Origin: Iphione sp. A-MEVVRFRX5 | Taxonomy: Eukaryota | Length of the DNA stretch: 64,000 bases | Assembly (NCBI GenBank): GCA_976226885.1 | Contig: OZ320319.1 | Location: 91,822,001 to 91,886,000 of the forward strand | Direction: 5' to 3' | Shown: one piece after another, positions 62,601 to 64,000 of the stretch | How positions within the stretch are numbered: the first letter of the stretch is position 1 | How the letters are laid out: each line of letters begins with the position of its first letter | The notes under the pieces: model-generated | What the model was told of the DNA's origin: nothing | The model's database searches: none | Seen by the model: the letters and a program-made list of their open reading frames with translations, nothing else | Made by a program: the position numbers and the translations under genes

Positions 62601-63200
62601 TAGTAAATATATCTACCATATATACTACTCACTTACGTCATACATAGTACAGTCTCGGTGGTGAAATGGTTACATCATTTGACACTGAATGGGAAAAGTT
62701 GGTTCGATCCCGGTATGGGGCAAAAATTTTTTTCTAGTAAAATTGGGAAGACATCAAATCAACAGACACAGCATATTTTCCAGACATATTTCTAATAAGT
62801 TCTTGCAATTTTACAGTTAATGAACCATTTTTTTTCAATGAAACAATAGAAATCACTAAACACTTACGTTTTTGACATAGCAGAAGATACTGAGGATGTA
62901 CGATCAGCTCCACTCTGACTAGTAGGAATGTCAGCATCATCATCATACTGGTCACCACAAATAATCTGCTCATCCAAAAAATCTTCCTCTTCAGGAGATA
63001 AATATGTCATATGTAGAGATTGAACATCTTGGAACCTGATTCCTCGAGAAATTAACAATTTAGCGCGCTCTGCTGCACTTCTACGTGGCCTCTCCATCTT
63101 GGCGGCTACGGCAAAGAGCCTCCTACTAACAAGAGGGTCAACTCCCATTGGTCTATGCATAACACCACCAGATGGTGCTGCCATCTAGTGTTATGACTGT
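59651..63200 (-). mobile_element. piggyBac-like transposon copy C, inserted at TTAA in the DIRS pol N-terminus
   Basis: TTAA at 59647-59650 followed by CCCTATCCTGACCG (3' TIR). The gene spans 63097-60564 (MERPRRSAAERAK..IDERM..DNF..GGVD..CKLC) with a frameshift in exon 2 and stops. The 5' TIR was not found in the window. Confidence 0.88.
62654..62720 (+). other. tRNA-like sequence, antisense in intron 1 of piggyBac C
   Basis: ctcggTGGTGAAATGGttacatcatttgacactgaatgggaaaagttGGTTCGATCCcgg aligns with the copy-B sequence. Confidence 0.72.
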
Positions 63201-63439
63201 ACATTGCCTAGAGATTGTAGTTTTTAATACTGCTTTATACTGCTCTAGTATGAGAACCAGTGATCCATTTTTGATGCAACAAATTGCATTTGAAAGGCCA
63301 GATTTTGAAGGTTTTAATTCTATCTTTACATGGTATTTTCCCAAGTTTTAGGTTTTTGGTGTATTCCTTTTTTCCTTGAATACTCCTTCTCAAATAATAA
63401 CATTAATAACGGAAACATGAGGCAGCATTTTGTAAATTT

Positions 63440-64000
63440 TTTATTATATATTATGAAGGTAGTACACACCAACTCAACACAAGAAATACAGTTTCAGTAG
63501 GCTTTAATTTCCCAACGTTTTGTACATGGTCAATGTCTTCATCAGGGGTAAAGATAAGCATTTTATGGCACTCTGAAGTACTATTTTGGAGTTGTTAGGG
63601 TAATGTCATAGAGGTCTATAGTAGGAATCTTCTAATGGGTCTGGCTAACTGGATATAATTGAACATTCTGTCTGATAATGATTAACTGTCTTGTCTTAAG
63701 TATATAGAAGATAAATATAAGATTAATATTACGATTTTTTTTAAAAACCAATCCATCTCTGGATTGTGTATAGTAGATAGGTATGGATGGGCGTCTATGA
63801 TACAACTCGAAAATACTCAAATATAAACGCTCGGTAATAACCGTCAACCATCTTTAACGGGAATAAGGCATTAAAGAATCATGTATAATATCACAATGTA
63901 ATCAGAGATGTGTTACAACGTCCATGGTTGTGGTAATTCAGAATTACTGTTTCTTAGGTTTCATCAGTCCTTTCCTAATCATAACTGTTGCCATAGTTTT
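63440..64000 (-). mobile_element. Penelope-like element remnant (GIY-YIG fragment and hammerhead-like tail)
   Basis: TERLYLSIFELYHRRPS resembles the GIY-YIG T-R-L--R--EHRR region. Downstream is CTGATGA-a-gaca-ttgacca-tgtac-AAAAC-gttgg and aattaaagcctactgaaact. Heavily decayed. Confidence 0.5.

Overview
This is eukaryotic, intron-containing genomic DNA with an animal-like transposon repertoire; a marine invertebrate origin is my inference. No host gene is recognisable, and the window is almost entirely nested transposable elements. From left to right: (1) a MULE/SWIM transposase pseudogene whose intron holds a ~11.9 kb Helitron (Rep-PIF1 helicase-OTU protease plus a small coiled-coil ORF), itself interrupted in helicase motif VI by an 820 bp TTAA piggyBac-type MITE; (2) an SGNH-hydrolase remnant and an unassigned DDE-type transposase remnant; (3) a truncated SWIM/exonuclease-type gene; (4) piggyBac copy A, split in exon 2 by a 10.7 kb ISL2EU-like element with AT TSD, whose THAP-DDE transposase and SWIM-YqaJ exonuclease genes are antisense and interleaved, with inverted 70-bp arrays around the crossed exons; (5) a 3'-truncated L1/Tx1; (6) piggyBac copy D; (7) a P-element/THAP9-like pseudogene containing the apparently intact 7-exon piggyBac copy B; (8) a DIRS retrotransposon whose tyrosine recombinase gene is split by a Crypton and whose pol 5' end is hit by piggyBac copy C; (9) a Penelope-like remnant with a hammerhead-like tail. 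The most notable observations are the interleaved two-gene architecture of the ISL2EU-like element, an antisense tRNA-like cassette ~150 nt into intron 1 of the piggyBac copies, two introns absent from copy C, and a strong minus-strand bias of TE genes. All family calls come from motif recognition by eye; no database search was run.
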